Origin: Thermoanaerobaculia bacterium
GTDB taxonomy: Bacteria; Acidobacteriota; Thermoanaerobaculia; Multivoradales; Multivoraceae
DNA length: 64,000 nt
Assembly (NCBI GenBank): GCA_963664405.1
Contig: OY761158.1
Coordinates: 6,716,314 to 6,780,313, forward strand
Reading direction: 5' to 3'
Positions within the stretch are counted from its first letter, which is position 1, and the number at the start of each line of letters is the position of its first letter. Position numbers and translations under genes: made by a program. The notes beneath the pieces were generated by a model. That model made no database searches. It was not told the origin of the DNA and saw nothing but the letters and a program-made list of their open reading frames with translations. Positions 29,301 to 38,662 of this stretch are shown in pieces.

Positions 29301-29325
29301 AGCCCTTGCTCATTGGAGAGATGGT

Positions 29326-29865
29326 ATGAAAGTGCTTCTGTCGCGATCCCGCTACTGTCTGGCCGTCGTTTCTCTTGCGGCAGCCACGCTGCTGCTCGGC
29401 TGTGGTTACGCGCTGGTCGGCCGGGTCTCCTCGATCCCGGAGGACATACAGGACATCTATGTCGCACCGATGGAGAATCGAACCCAGCGCGCCCAGCTCG
29501 AACAGTTCCTGACTCAGGCGATCACCGACGAGCTCGTCACCCGAAGGCGTTTCAACTTGGTCGGTGGACAGGCCGGGGCCGATGCCGAGCTGCATGGCAC
29601 AGTGAAGTCGTTTCGGGTCACACCGGTCACCTTCGATGACGACGGTCGAGGTCAGGAGTACGAGATCTCGATCGTGGCCGACGTGAGCTTCGAGCGCACC
29701 GGTGGCGACGAGGTCGTTTGGTCGAACGACAGCTATCTCTTCAAAGAGATCTACGAAATCGACTCGTCGGCCGACGACTACTTCGACCAGGAGAACGTGG
29801 CCATTCTGGAAGCTTCCCTGCGCTTCGCCGAAACGATGGTGAGCGACCTCCTCGAAGGCTTCTAG
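29326..29865 (+). CDS. lptE: LPS assembly lipoprotein LptE family
   Basis: LLGCGY lipobox, IYVAPMENRT, LTQAITDEL, EYEI, C-terminal LLEGF. Confidence 0.85.
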   Translation: MKVLLSRSRYCLAVVSLAAATLLLGCGYALVGRVSSIPEDIQDIYVAPMENRTQRAQLEQFLTQAITDELVTRRRFNLVGGQAGADAELHGTVKSFRVTPVTFDDDGRGQEYEISIVADVSFERTGGDEVVWSNDSYLFKEIYEIDSSADDYFDQENVAILEASLRFAETMVSDLLEGF

Positions 29866-30115
29866 GCCCGGCCGCCCAGGGCACCCCACCTCACCGCGTG
29901 CTCGTCACTCGGCTCCTCCGGCGTACAGGAGTACGCCTGCGTCGCCTCGCTCCTGCGCTGCGGCGATCTGGGGCACCCTGAACGGCCGGGCTCCCCTGGG
30001 GATTACCCGAGGAGATTCCCGAGGAGACTCCCTACGCGGCCGGCGGGGCGTACAGGAGTACGCCTGCATCGCCTCGCTCCTGCGCTGCGGCGATCTGGGG
30101 CACCCTGAACGGCCT
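29862..30115. repeat. Palindromic element copy C plus ~127 bp tandem unit (left part of the array)
   Basis: GCCCGGCCGCCCAGGGCACCCCA / TGGGGCACCCTGAACGGCCGGGC arms; hairpin GGCGTAC-AGGA-GTACGCC at 29920 and 30047. Confidence 0.88.
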
Positions 30116-30474
30116 TGTTGATGGCTGCGAGAAAGCGCATCCCGTTGGCTGCGAGCGCAGTTTCCGGGATGGAGTGAGCTGAGGGCTTCGCGACCGCGGG
30201 AAAGCTAGGCCTTCTTCAGGAAGGGCGGCATCATCCCGCCGGAACGGCGGTCCGGGTGCGTGGTCCCGGCGGCGTGTTTGCGGTCGGAAGAGATGCGTGA
30301 GTCGGTGTAGGGCTTTGCAGTGCGGGCTCTGCTCTGATAGAGCAGGCCGACCAGAGACGGCGAGAGCCCGGGAAAGCGAAGTAGAAAACGCCCCGGGCTC
30401 TGCCCCAAACCGCAGCATTAGCTGCGCTTGCAGTATGGCAGAGAGTCGGGGTCGTCGTCGAATGGGAGGCGACG

Positions 30475-30870
30475 ATGCGACCGGACTACCGACTCTTCGA
30501 CTGTGCTCGATGCCGTCGGCGTATCTCGCTGTGCTCGCACTGTGACCGTGGCCAGCGTTACTGCCGGGCTTGTGCTCTGGTGGCTCGTCGGGAATCGACT
30601 CGGGCGGCCGGCCATCGGTACCAGCGAAGCCTCCGAGGTCGGCATTGTCATGCCGCCCGTCAGGCCCGCTACCGTCGGCGCCAGCGCGAGCGGGCAGAGA
30701 AAGTGACGCATCAGGGTACCCCAGGCGGTACTTCGGGGAGGACACTGTGTCGGATCGAGACTCCGAGGCGCGAAGTGCGCTACGACCCGAGGAATCCGCG
30801 ATGCATGCAGTGTGGAGAGGCCTGCCGAGAGTTTGTGCGAACGAGCTTTCGTCGTTGCCGACGGAGATAG
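30475..30870 (+). CDS. Cys/Arg-rich putative zinc-binding accessory protein of the IS21 element
   Basis: CARC..CSHC..YC..C and CMQC..C; RBS GGGAGG; ends 4 bp before istA. Confidence 0.7.
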   Translation: MRPDYRLFDCARCRRRISLCSHCDRGQRYCRACALVARRESTRAAGHRYQRSLRGRHCHAARQARYRRRQRERAEKVTHQGTPGGTSGRTLCRIETPRREVRYDPRNPRCMQCGEACREFVRTSFRRCRRR

Positions 30871-30874
30871 GGGC

Positions 30875-32383
30875 GTGATCGACGCACAGCTGCGCGGGGA
30901 GATCCGTCGTCTGTTCCTGGTCGAGAAGTGGAAAGTCGGCACGATCGCTCGACAGCTACAGCTGCACCCCTCAACCGTGCGCCGGGCGCTGGAGAAGTCC
31001 GGCGTGCTACCCCAGCAGCGACGAGGGAGGATGATCGATCCTTACCTGCCGTTCATCGAGCAGGTGCTCGGGACCTACCCACGACTGCCGGCGAGCCGTC
31101 TCTACACCATGGTGGTGGAGCGCGGCTATCCAGGAGGCCCGGATCAGTTTCGCCACCTGGTGGCCTCGATGCGACCGAAGCCCCAGCGCGAGGCGTTTCT
31201 CTCGCTGCGCATGCTGCCAGGAGAGCAGGCGCAGGTCGACTGGGGCCACTTCGGTCGGCTCCGCGTCGGCCGGGCACATCGTCGGCTCTATGCCTTCGTC
31301 TTCGTGCTGTCGTTCTCGCGCACGGTCTTCGTGCACTTCACCCTCGACACTCGTCTCGAAACCTTCTTGCACGCTCACCAGCTGGCCTTCCACTACGTCG
31401 ACGGCGTCGTCAGGACCGTTCTGTACGACAACCTGCGAACCGCGGTGATCGAGCGGCAGGGAACCGCGGTGCGCTTCCATCCCGTGCTGCTCGATTTCGC
31501 CAGCCACTACGGCTTCCTTCCCACCGTCGCCGCGGTGGCTCGGGGAAATGAGAAAGGCCGCGTCGAGCGCGCAATCCGCTTCCTGCGAAGCTCGTTCTTC
31601 GGCGCCCGAACGGTGAGCGATTTGGATCGTCTGAATCGGCAGGTCCTGGAATGGTGCCAGAGGTCGCAGCGCAGACCCTGGCCGCAGGACCGACAGCGAA
31701 CCGTGAAAAGCGCCCTGGCCCAGGAACGACCTCGACTGCTTGAGCTTCCCGGAGACGACTTCGAAACCGACCTGCGACTGGAGATCAAGGTCAGAAAGAC
31801 GCCGATCGTGCGCTTCGACCTCAACGACTACTCGGTGCCGCACAGTCATGTGCAGAGGACCGTCACGCTCCTCGCCAGCGAGCATCGGGTGCGGATCCTC
31901 GATGGCCAGGAGCTCCTCGCCGAGCACCCTCGCTCGTACTCCCGGGGCGAGCAGATCCTCGATCCTCAACACCTCGAGGAGCTCCTCGCTCACAAACGCA
32001 GGGCCCGACGACACCGGGGCTTCCATCGGCTGTTTTCCGCTGTGCCTCGATGCGAAGAGCTGATGCAGCAGCTCGCCGAGCGAGGCGAGAACCTCGGAAC
32101 GCAGACCGCCGGCCTGCTCCGACTCCTGCGCCAGTACGGCCCCCAGCGACTCGACAAAGCCGTGCGCGAAGCGCTCCTGAACCACGCACCGCGATTCCAG
32201 TCCGTCCGGCTCCTACTCGAACGGCACCAGCGCGGCCTCGGTCAGCCCCCGGCTTTACCGGTGCCGCTCAGCCAGGAGCTCCAACAGCGAGATCTCTCCG
32301 TGAGACCGCACAACCTCGAGGACTACGACCAACTTGGAGGCAACGACGATGGCCCGACCCAGGAAGAGTCCAACGATCCCTGA
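30875..32383 (+). CDS. istA: IS21 transposase IstA
   Basis: N-terminal HTH, PGEQAQVDWG, LYDN, KGRVER, VRFDLNDYSVP. Confidence 0.96.
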   Translation: MIDAQLRGEIRRLFLVEKWKVGTIARQLQLHPSTVRRALEKSGVLPQQRRGRMIDPYLPFIEQVLGTYPRLPASRLYTMVVERGYPGGPDQFRHLVASMRPKPQREAFLSLRMLPGEQAQVDWGHFGRLRVGRAHRRLYAFVFVLSFSRTVFVHFTLDTRLETFLHAHQLAFHYVDGVVRTVLYDNLRTAVIERQGTAVRFHPVLLDFASHYGFLPTVAAVARGNEKGRVERAIRFLRSSFFGARTVSDLDRLNRQVLEWCQRSQRRPWPQDRQRTVKSALAQERPRLLELPGDDFETDLRLEIKVRKTPIVRFDLNDYSVPHSHVQRTVTLLASEHRVRILDGQELLAEHPRSYSRGEQILDPQHLEELLAHKRRARRHRGFHRLFSAVPRCEELMQQLAERGENLGTQTAGLLRLLRQYGPQRLDKAVREALLNHAPRFQSVRLLLERHQRGLGQPPALPVPLSQELQQRDLSVRPHNLEDYDQLGGNDDGPTQEESNDP

Positions 32384-33143
32384 CGAACCACTACGAGAGC
32401 TCGCCCGATCCCTCGGCTTCTACGCCCTCGTCGACGACTGGGGCACCTACCGAGAACAGCCCTGGCTCGAACAGCTGCTGCGCAAAGAAGAGGCCGAGCG
32501 CAAACGGCGCAGCCTCGAACGGCGCATCCGCACCAGCCGCGTCGGGCTCTTCAAGAGCATCGCCGACTTCGACTTCTCCTGGCCCCAGCGCATCGACCGC
32601 GAGCAGATCCAGGATCTGCTCACCCTCCAATTCCTCGACGACATCACCAACGTCATCCTCCTCGGACCCAACGGTGTCGGCAAGACCATGATTGCCAAGA
32701 ACCTCCTCTACCAGGCGCTGCAACGAGGGGCCACCGCCAGCTTCGTCACCGCCTCCGACATGCTCAACGATCTCGCCGTCCAGGAAACCCCCTCGGCGCT
32801 CCAGAGAAGGCTCTCCAAATACACCCGACCCTCGCTTTTGGCAATCGATGAGCTCGGCTATCTCTCCTACGACCACCGCCACGCGGATCTCCTCTTCGAG
32901 GTCGTCTCCAGGAGATACGGCAACAAGCCCATTCTTCTCACCACCAACAAGCCCTTCGCCGAATGGGCCGAGGTCTTTCCCAACGCCTCCTGCGTCGTCA
33001 CTCTCGTCGATCGACTCACCCACCACGCCGAGATCGTCAAGATCGAGGCTAACTCCTATCGCCGCAAGGAGGCCAAGGAGGCTGCTGAAAAAAAGGCCAA
33101 GGACCGCGCCAAAAGGCGGAGCGCAGCACGACGACGCTCATGA
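32349..33143 (+). CDS. istB: IS21 ATPase IstB
   Basis: FDFSW, GPNGVGKT, LLAIDELGY, TTNKPF.EW, DRLTHH. Confidence 0.97.
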   Translation: MARPRKSPTIPDEPLRELARSLGFYALVDDWGTYREQPWLEQLLRKEEAERKRRSLERRIRTSRVGLFKSIADFDFSWPQRIDREQIQDLLTLQFLDDITNVILLGPNGVGKTMIAKNLLYQALQRGATASFVTASDMLNDLAVQETPSALQRRLSKYTRPSLLAIDELGYLSYDHRHADLLFEVVSRRYGNKPILLTTNKPFAEWAEVFPNASCVVTLVDRLTHHAEIVKIEANSYRRKEAKEAAEKKAKDRAKRRSAARRRS

Positions 33144-33496
33144 CCCGAAGCCACTATCGGCGCCAGCTCCTCCGCCTCTATCGACTCCTTCCCGACACCC
33201 CGCACCGCTTCCACCACGGCGACCGCGTCATCGTCGACCAGCTCTTCGACCAAGACCTGCCTCTCACCGTCCTCCAGGCCGCCCTCCTCCTCGGCTCCGC
33301 CCGACGCGCATGCCGAGATCCGCGCCTACCAAAGCTCCAGCCCATCCGATCCCTCGCCTACTTTCTCCCCATCCTCCGAGAACTCCCCACGACGCCACCC
33401 CCCGAGGGGTACCTCGACTATCTGCGCCACACCCTGAGTCACGCCTCGCGGGGACAAAAAACCGACTCGCAGCCAACTAAGTGCGCTTTCTCGTAG
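33140..33496 (+). CDS. Hypothetical accessory protein at the right end of the IS21 element
   Basis: ATGA overlap with the istB stop; helical, protein-like (LYRLLPDTP, AALLLGSARR, PIRSLAYFLP); stop lies inside the right IR. Confidence 0.7.
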   Translation: MTRSHYRRQLLRLYRLLPDTPHRFHHGDRVIVDQLFDQDLPLTVLQAALLLGSARRACRDPRLPKLQPIRSLAYFLPILRELPTTPPPEGYLDYLRHTLSHASRGQKTDSQPTKCAFS

Positions 33497-33505
33497 CCGG
33501 TAACA

Positions 33506-33765
33506 CCCCTGGGGATTACCCGAGGAGATTCCCGAGGAGATTCCCTACGCGGCCGGCTGGGCGTACGAGTACGCCTGCGCCGCCTCGCCCCTGCGACTGC
33601 GGCGATCTGAGGCACCCTGAACGGCCGGGCTCCCGTGGGGATTACCCGAGGAGATTCCCGAGGAGACTCCCTACGCGGCCGGCGGGGCGTACAGGAGTAC
33701 GCTTGCATCGCCTCGCCCCTGCGACTGCGGCGATCTGAGGCACCCTGAACGGCGGGCTTCCCTAG
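33506..33765. repeat. Right part of the ~127 bp tandem array (two units), ending in CTAG
   Basis: GGGGATTACCCGAGGAGATTCCCGAGGAGA..GGCGTAC..GTACGC..GGCACCCTGAACGG repeated; hairpins at 33560 and 33686. Confidence 0.9.
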
Positions 33766-33796
33766 AATCCCCAGGGACTCCTATGCGAGACGGATC

Positions 33797-33906
33797 CTAG
33801 GAGCGTGTCCGAGAATTCGGACAGGCGAGTAGTTCTTAGGGGGGGATGGGCCGGAGAACGGGCCGGAGGCCCGCTTTCCGGGGCTAGGAGCGTGTCCGAG
33901 TATTCG
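33797..33906. repeat. Two copies of CTAGGAGCGTGTCCGAG (IS/MITE-end-like remnants) around a GC hairpin
   Basis: Direct copies at 33797 and 33884; first folds as TGTCCGA-GAAT-TCGGACA. Confidence 0.6.
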
Positions 33907-34013
33907 TCCTGAGCCGTTTCCGTGAGCGAATAGGAAGCAACGCCCAAGTGCGCCGTCCTCGGCGCCAAGAGACAACTAGGCGGAGGAAATGATAGCCATC
34001 ATTTCTGGAGCCT

Positions 34014-34310
34014 CTAGCTCTCCGCGGGCTGGGGCTCTTCTTCGGCGGGGGAGAGGGTGCCTACGAGCTTGGTCAGCCGCGACTTGTAGCGAGCGGCGGT
34101 ATTGCGGTGGATGACGCCCTTTTGGGCGGTCGTGTCGATCAGGCCGAGAGTGGGACGAAGGGCTTCGCGTGCCCCCTCGGCGTCGCCGCTCTCGACGAGA
34201 GTGCGAAGGTTCTTGATCCTGCCCCGCATCCGCGTTTGATAGGAGCGGTTGCGCTCCCGATGTTTTTCGCTCTGGCGCTGACGCTTTTCTACGGTCTTAC
34301 TTTTAGCCAT
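34014..34310 (-). CDS. rpsT: 30S ribosomal protein S20
   Basis: KRQRQSEK..RNRS, KGVIHRNTAARYKSRL. Confidence 0.96.
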   Translation of the reverse strand: MAKSKTVEKRQRQSEKHRERNRSYQTRMRGRIKNLRTLVESGDAEGAREALRPTLGLIDTTAQKGVIHRNTAARYKSRLTKLVGTLSPAEEEPQPAES

Positions 34311-34348
34311 CGATCTACCTACCTTGCTCTAGACTCGGTTGTCTGTTT

Positions 34349-35251
34349 CTAGTTGCCGGGATCGAACTCTTTCAGCTGCTGTCTGGCGATCGCAGCCTCT
34401 TCGCTCGACGGGTGATTCTGTTCTACTGACATGAGGTCATTTAAGCCCTTCTCTCGCTCGCCTAGCTCGAGGTAGGCGTAGCCGCGTCTGAGAATGGCGC
34501 TGGGTACCTTTTCGCTGCGCGGGTAGCGTGATACGACGTTGGTGAACTCGCCGATCGCCTCCAAGAAGTGACCTTGGTTGAAATAGGACTCGCCGATCCA
34601 GTAGAGGGCGTTGTCTGCCAGTTCGGTCTCGGGGTAGGTCTCGAGGTATTCGCGAAAACCGAGGGTCGCCAGCTCGTACTCACTCCTTCGATAGTCCTTG
34701 TAGGCCTGATTATAGAGGGTCTCCGGATCAGCTCCTGCGGCTTCCGAGATTCCCTCGCCGGTTGGAATGTGTGGAGGCGGTGCCAAGGCCAGGGCTTTGA
34801 GCTCCTGGTTGGTTGCGGCCACCTGCTGGGAGAGCTGATCGATCCGGTACACCGTGTCCTGAAGCTGGGCTTCGAGCTCTCCGATGCGAGAAGAGAGGGT
34901 ATCGAGATCGAGCCGTAAATCGGCCCCCGACCGGAGAAGCTTGTCTGCTTCAGCAGCAACTCGCTCGCCGAGCTCCTCGATCTCACCTTTAGTTGAGACC
35001 TCCGAGTCGAGTGCGGCAATTTGACGTTGGATCTCACCGAGACGCTCATTGATCGTCTCGAGCTCGGTCGTCGAAGTGCAGCTGACGAGAGCGAGCAACG
35101 CGACAAGACCAACTACAACGGCAGAAGAGCAAGAAGCGTTCCGCTCATCAGAGCGGGTGTTGGGTCGCTCAGAAGAGCGGGGAGCGGACCGCTCGGTGGC
35201 CGAAGTGAAGGTCGGGATCGCTAGCCTAGAGCCCCAGGAATCCCGCGCCAT
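34349..35251 (-). CDS. cpoB: Tol-Pal system protein CpoB/YbgF (start uncertain)
   Basis: LVSC lipobox, coiled coil, TPR LADNALYWIGESYF, KVPSA; downstream of pal. Confidence 0.88.
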   Translation of the reverse strand: MARDSWGSRLAIPTFTSATERSAPRSSERPNTRSDERNASCSSAVVVGLVALLALVSCTSTTELETINERLGEIQRQIAALDSEVSTKGEIEELGERVAAEADKLLRSGADLRLDLDTLSSRIGELEAQLQDTVYRIDQLSQQVAATNQELKALALAPPPHIPTGEGISEAAGADPETLYNQAYKDYRRSEYELATLGFREYLETYPETELADNALYWIGESYFNQGHFLEAIGEFTNVVSRYPRSEKVPSAILRRGYAYLELGEREKGLNDLMSVEQNHPSSEEAAIARQQLKEFDPGN

Positions 35252-35359
35252 TTGTTGTGGTCATTCTTGTTTCTGGCCCCGCAACAGAAGGGATGCTTCC
35301 CTGCTTTCTGCGAGGCAGAGTTGAGGTAGCGCTGATCGGGAGCTTTCGCGCTCCTGCTA

Positions 35360-35944
35360 CTATCCGCCGACCGTACCGGTCAAATGGAACTCTCCCCTAC
35401 GGTTCCTTCCCCAACAGCTCTCGTTGGCCTGGGTACAGGTGGGACGCTCCTCGCCGTAGCTGACTGTTTGGATGCGCGATGCCGGAACTCCCAACGAGCT
35501 GAGGTATTCCTTGGCCGCGTTCGCTCGGCGGTCACCGAGAGCGATGTTGTAGTCGTTGGTCCCTCGCTCGTCGCAGTGGCCCTGGATGGTGACGACGAAA
35601 GACGGCTCGGACTTGAGAAAGGTGGCATTCTTGGCGAGGCGCTCGCGGGCCTCTGCCTGGAGATCGTATTTGTCGAAGGCGAAGAAAATGTCGCCGATCA
35701 AGCCTTCCTTGCGCGCCCTCTCGCTTGCCTGATCGGTCTCCAGGTCGGTTAGTTCGGGAGTCTTGTCTACGATCTTGGGAGGCTCCGGGGTCTCGATGTC
35801 TGTCGGCTCGGGATCGGGGGCTTTCTCCACCGCTTCCGTCGGCTTTGGATCCACCGGGATATCTTTGTTGCCAGAACAGCCAATACTAATCAATACCAGG
35901 CTCAGAATGCCTACAATCGAGGTAACTTTCCAACTCGACTTCAT
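35360..35944 (-). CDS. pal: Peptidoglycan-associated lipoprotein
   Basis: SIGC lipobox, IFFAFDKY, GHCDERGT..YNIALGDRRA, SYGEERP, NRR. Confidence 0.96.
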   Translation of the reverse strand: MKSSWKVTSIVGILSLVLISIGCSGNKDIPVDPKPTEAVEKAPDPEPTDIETPEPPKIVDKTPELTDLETDQASERARKEGLIGDIFFAFDKYDLQAEARERLAKNATFLKSEPSFVVTIQGHCDERGTNDYNIALGDRRANAAKEYLSSLGVPASRIQTVSYGEERPTCTQANESCWGRNRRGEFHLTGTVGG

Positions 35945-36074
35945 TTTTCGCGACTCCTCCGCGGACAAGATTCCAGGGACCGATCCGACGTCAAGACACT
36001 ACAAACCGACGAAACTGTATCACATGAATTTCCTGACGATTACAATAAAAGAGCGCGCCGAAAAGGGGCGCTCC

Positions 36075-37430
36075 TCATTCGGCAAACCCGGACCAAGCGG
36101 GCGCAAAGTTCTCTCCCTCTGAGGTCAATCGGCGCTGATTCCCTCCGCCCGCATCGATGACCCAGATCTGACTGTTCCCGGCGCGAGTGGATTCGAAGAC
36201 GATCCTCTGGCCATCGGGAGAAAAGGAGGGGGCTTCGTGGCTTCCTGGGCCGGCGGTCAAGATCTTGTTTTCCAGGGTCACTACGTCGATAACCGCGATA
36301 TCGAACCGATTACCGCGCTCGTGGCGATGGGCGTAAGCCAGGCGGTTGCCGTCGGGGTGCCAGGCCGCGCCGTCATTGTTGGTGCCTTCGCGCGAGAGCC
36401 GCCGGACGTTGCCGCCGTCTATATCCATGACGTAGAGATGTGGGGCACCTGAACGGTCGGAGGTGAAAGCGATCTCTCTACCGTTGGGGCTCCAGGCTGG
36501 ATTGGCGTCGATTCTTCGGTTGGTGGTGAGCTGCTTTAATTCGTTCTCGCCGCGGCGCAGACTGAAGATCTCCGCGTTGCCGGCGGTGGAACGGGTGAAG
36601 ACCAGGTTGCGGCCATCGGGCGAGAAGCTTGGTGAGAAATTGTGCTGACCGTCCTCGATCAACGCCGTCTTCTCTCCCGTTGAGAGCTCCACCCAGTAGA
36701 TGGAAGGGCGCCCGCTGAAGTAAGAAACGTAGGCGAGGCCGTCTCCGGCTGGACTCCACGCTGGAGCCAGCGAGATCGACTTATGGCCACTGAGGGGGCG
36801 CTGATCCCGGCCGTCGTAGTCCATGATGAGGATCTCTTTGTTCCCGTCCCGATTGGAAGAGAAGACGATGCTGGTGAGCGCCAAGCCTCGGCGGCCCGAG
36901 AAACAGGTCACGACTTCATCGGAGTACGTATGGGCGATCTTCCTTGCCTGGGAGTAGGTACCGCGAAACCGCTTCCCCTGGCATGCCGAGCGGAAGTTGG
37001 CGAGATCCAAAACGCGGGCTTCCAGAACCACCTTGCCCGCCGCCTCGGCGATCTCCGCGGTGAGGATGACCTGGTTGCCGAGAGAGCGGTACATGGGGAA
37101 ATCTTCAGCTCGATCTCCGGTGAGCTCGAGGACAGAGAGGATCTGCTGATCCTGGACGTCAAAGATGCCGCTGTAGCTGAGATCGTCGAGGATGGTTTGC
37201 TCCAGCTCTTTGGCCGCGGCCTCGCCCGCTGGAGTCATTCCGGCCGATCGAGTCATCGCCGGTAGGGCCAGGCGTATCCTCGATCGAGCTCCAGCGTTCA
37301 ACTCGATCTCGACGTCCGGAGGCTCGTCAACTGTTGGTTGGGCGCTAGCTCCTCCAGCGGTGATCAGCACCAGCAGAAGAAAGCACAGGAACAAACGGGG
37401 CACGGATGTCATCGTCTCGACTACCTCCAC
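36075..37430 (-). CDS. tolB: TolB beta-propeller protein
   Basis: PD40 repeats (PAWSPAG, PSFSPDG, PAWSPNG), MDYDG. Confidence 0.94.
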   Translation of the reverse strand: MEVVETMTSVPRLFLCFLLLVLITAGGASAQPTVDEPPDVEIELNAGARSRIRLALPAMTRSAGMTPAGEAAAKELEQTILDDLSYSGIFDVQDQQILSVLELTGDRAEDFPMYRSLGNQVILTAEIAEAAGKVVLEARVLDLANFRSACQGKRFRGTYSQARKIAHTYSDEVVTCFSGRRGLALTSIVFSSNRDGNKEILIMDYDGRDQRPLSGHKSISLAPAWSPAGDGLAYVSYFSGRPSIYWVELSTGEKTALIEDGQHNFSPSFSPDGRNLVFTRSTAGNAEIFSLRRGENELKQLTTNRRIDANPAWSPNGREIAFTSDRSGAPHLYVMDIDGGNVRRLSREGTNNDGAAWHPDGNRLAYAHRHERGNRFDIAVIDVVTLENKILTAGPGSHEAPSFSPDGQRIVFESTRAGNSQIWVIDAGGGNQRRLTSEGENFAPAWSGFAE

Positions 37431-37460
37431 TCCAGCAGAAAGGCTCAGTCTCGGATCAGG

Positions 37461-38216
37461 TTAGCGAATGACGAGTCTCACGCCCAGCGATTTCTTGCGA
37501 TAGCTCTTCGGGAGAGGAGGCAGAGTGGCGGTCTGGACCGCCCGAAGTCCCGCACGGTCAAAAGAGTTGTAGCCGGAAGAATCGGCGATTTTGACATCGG
37601 TGACGCTGCCGTCCTCGCGGATGCGGAAGGTGATCGCCATCTGAACGTCGTCACCGAGCGGTGGCCGACTCCACTGTTCTCTGATCTTCGCCGCGATGAG
37701 GTCGGCATAATAACTGTAAGTGAAGTCCGGATCATCGAAACCGGAAACTTGGGCCGGACCTCCTGCGGCAAGAGGATTCCCCCGGGGAGAGCCGAGTCGG
37801 CGCTGCGGCTCGGTCGAAGCGGGCTTGCTGAGCTCGGAGGGCTTGGGGGCCGGGGGCGGAGGCGCAGCCTGAGGCCGAGGCTTGGCCGCAGGCATTCTTG
37901 GCGGGGGCTTCGGCGCCGGCTCAGGTGCCGCTTCCACGGGCGCGGGCTTGGTCTCTTCTTCGGGAGGGGCCTCGACCGGTTCCGGGGGGCGCGGCGCCGG
38001 AGCGGGCGGGGGCGCGATCTGCCCGAGGGCGGCAGCCGGAACGATCCGGACCGGCACGAACTCGAGCGGCTGCGGTTTCTCCGCGAGGAGCTTCGGCGCT
38101 ACAACCGCGGCGACGACAAAGATGACGTGAACCAACACGGCGCCGACGAGGTTTCGCCCCCGGTACCAGGGGACCCAGACCTTGCGTCGTGCGAACAGTT
38201 GATCGAGGCTATCCAC
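37461..38216 (-). CDS. TolA/TonB family protein
   Basis: TM with His, Pro-rich linker, TonB_C (FRIREDG, SSG..FDRAGLRAV). Confidence 0.88.
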   Translation of the reverse strand: MDSLDQLFARRKVWVPWYRGRNLVGAVLVHVIFVVAAVVAPKLLAEKPQPLEFVPVRIVPAAALGQIAPPPAPAPRPPEPVEAPPEEETKPAPVEAAPEPAPKPPPRMPAAKPRPQAAPPPPAPKPSELSKPASTEPQRRLGSPRGNPLAAGGPAQVSGFDDPDFTYSYYADLIAAKIREQWSRPPLGDDVQMAITFRIREDGSVTDVKIADSSGYNSFDRAGLRAVQTATLPPLPKSYRKKSLGVRLVIR

Positions 38217-38224
38217 TCCGGCTC

Positions 38225-38644
38225 CTAGGAGGGGCTCTCGGTCACCATGCCAACATTGGTGATCCCGCCGCGGTGGAGCAGGGCGAGCAGGTCCATGACA
38301 TCTCCGTAGGCGATCTCTCGATCCGCTTTGAGCAGCACGGATTCGTCTCCGCGGGCCTCGAGCATGGGGAGCAGCCGGTCGACGAGTTGAGTCGGGTGGA
38401 CCGGTGTTTCGCGGATGTAGACGAGCTGGTTGCGGTCCATGGTGAGGACGATGGGATCCTCGACGCGCTGCGGCAGATTCTCGGCATCGATCTGCGGTAG
38501 GGCAACCTCGATTCCCTGATGGAGCATGGGTGCCGTGATCATGAAAATGATCAGGAGCACCAACATGACGTCGACCAGCGGCGTCACATTGATGTCTGCC
38601 ATCACTTGGTCGTCCGAAGAGCCCGAGTCAGCCATGAACGCCAT
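38225..38644 (-). CDS. tolR: TolR/ExbD
   Basis: INVTPLVDVMLVLLIIFMITAP, LKADR..YG. Confidence 0.93.
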   Translation of the reverse strand: MAFMADSGSSDDQVMADINVTPLVDVMLVLLIIFMITAPMLHQGIEVALPQIDAENLPQRVEDPIVLTMDRNQLVYIRETPVHPTQLVDRLLPMLEARGDESVLLKADREIAYGDVMDLLALLHRGGITNVGMVTESPS

Positions 38645-38662
38645 CAGCCTGTACCTCTTTGA

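Larger units (their letters stand above)
30116..33505 (+). mobile_element. IS21-family element with two accessory ORFs (3390 bp)
   Basis: Left end TGTTGATGGCTGCGAGAAAGCGCATCCCGTTGGCTGCGAG; right end (reverse complement) TGTTACCGGCTACGAGAAAGCGCACTTAGTTGGCTGCGAG; TG..CA ends; istA/istB inside. Confidence 0.93.

Noticed and set aside
29215-29325. Longer LptE N-terminus
   Set aside because: Translates palindrome copy B; ATG 29326 gives a normal lipoprotein signal
29920-33765. CRISPR array
   Set aside because: Intervening segments are near-identical rather than unique spacers, the period is ~127 bp, and no cas genes are in the window
35990-36075. Rex operator in the AT-rich tolB-pal gap
   Set aside because: No convincing TTGTGAA-N4-TTCACAA match; more likely a pal promoter
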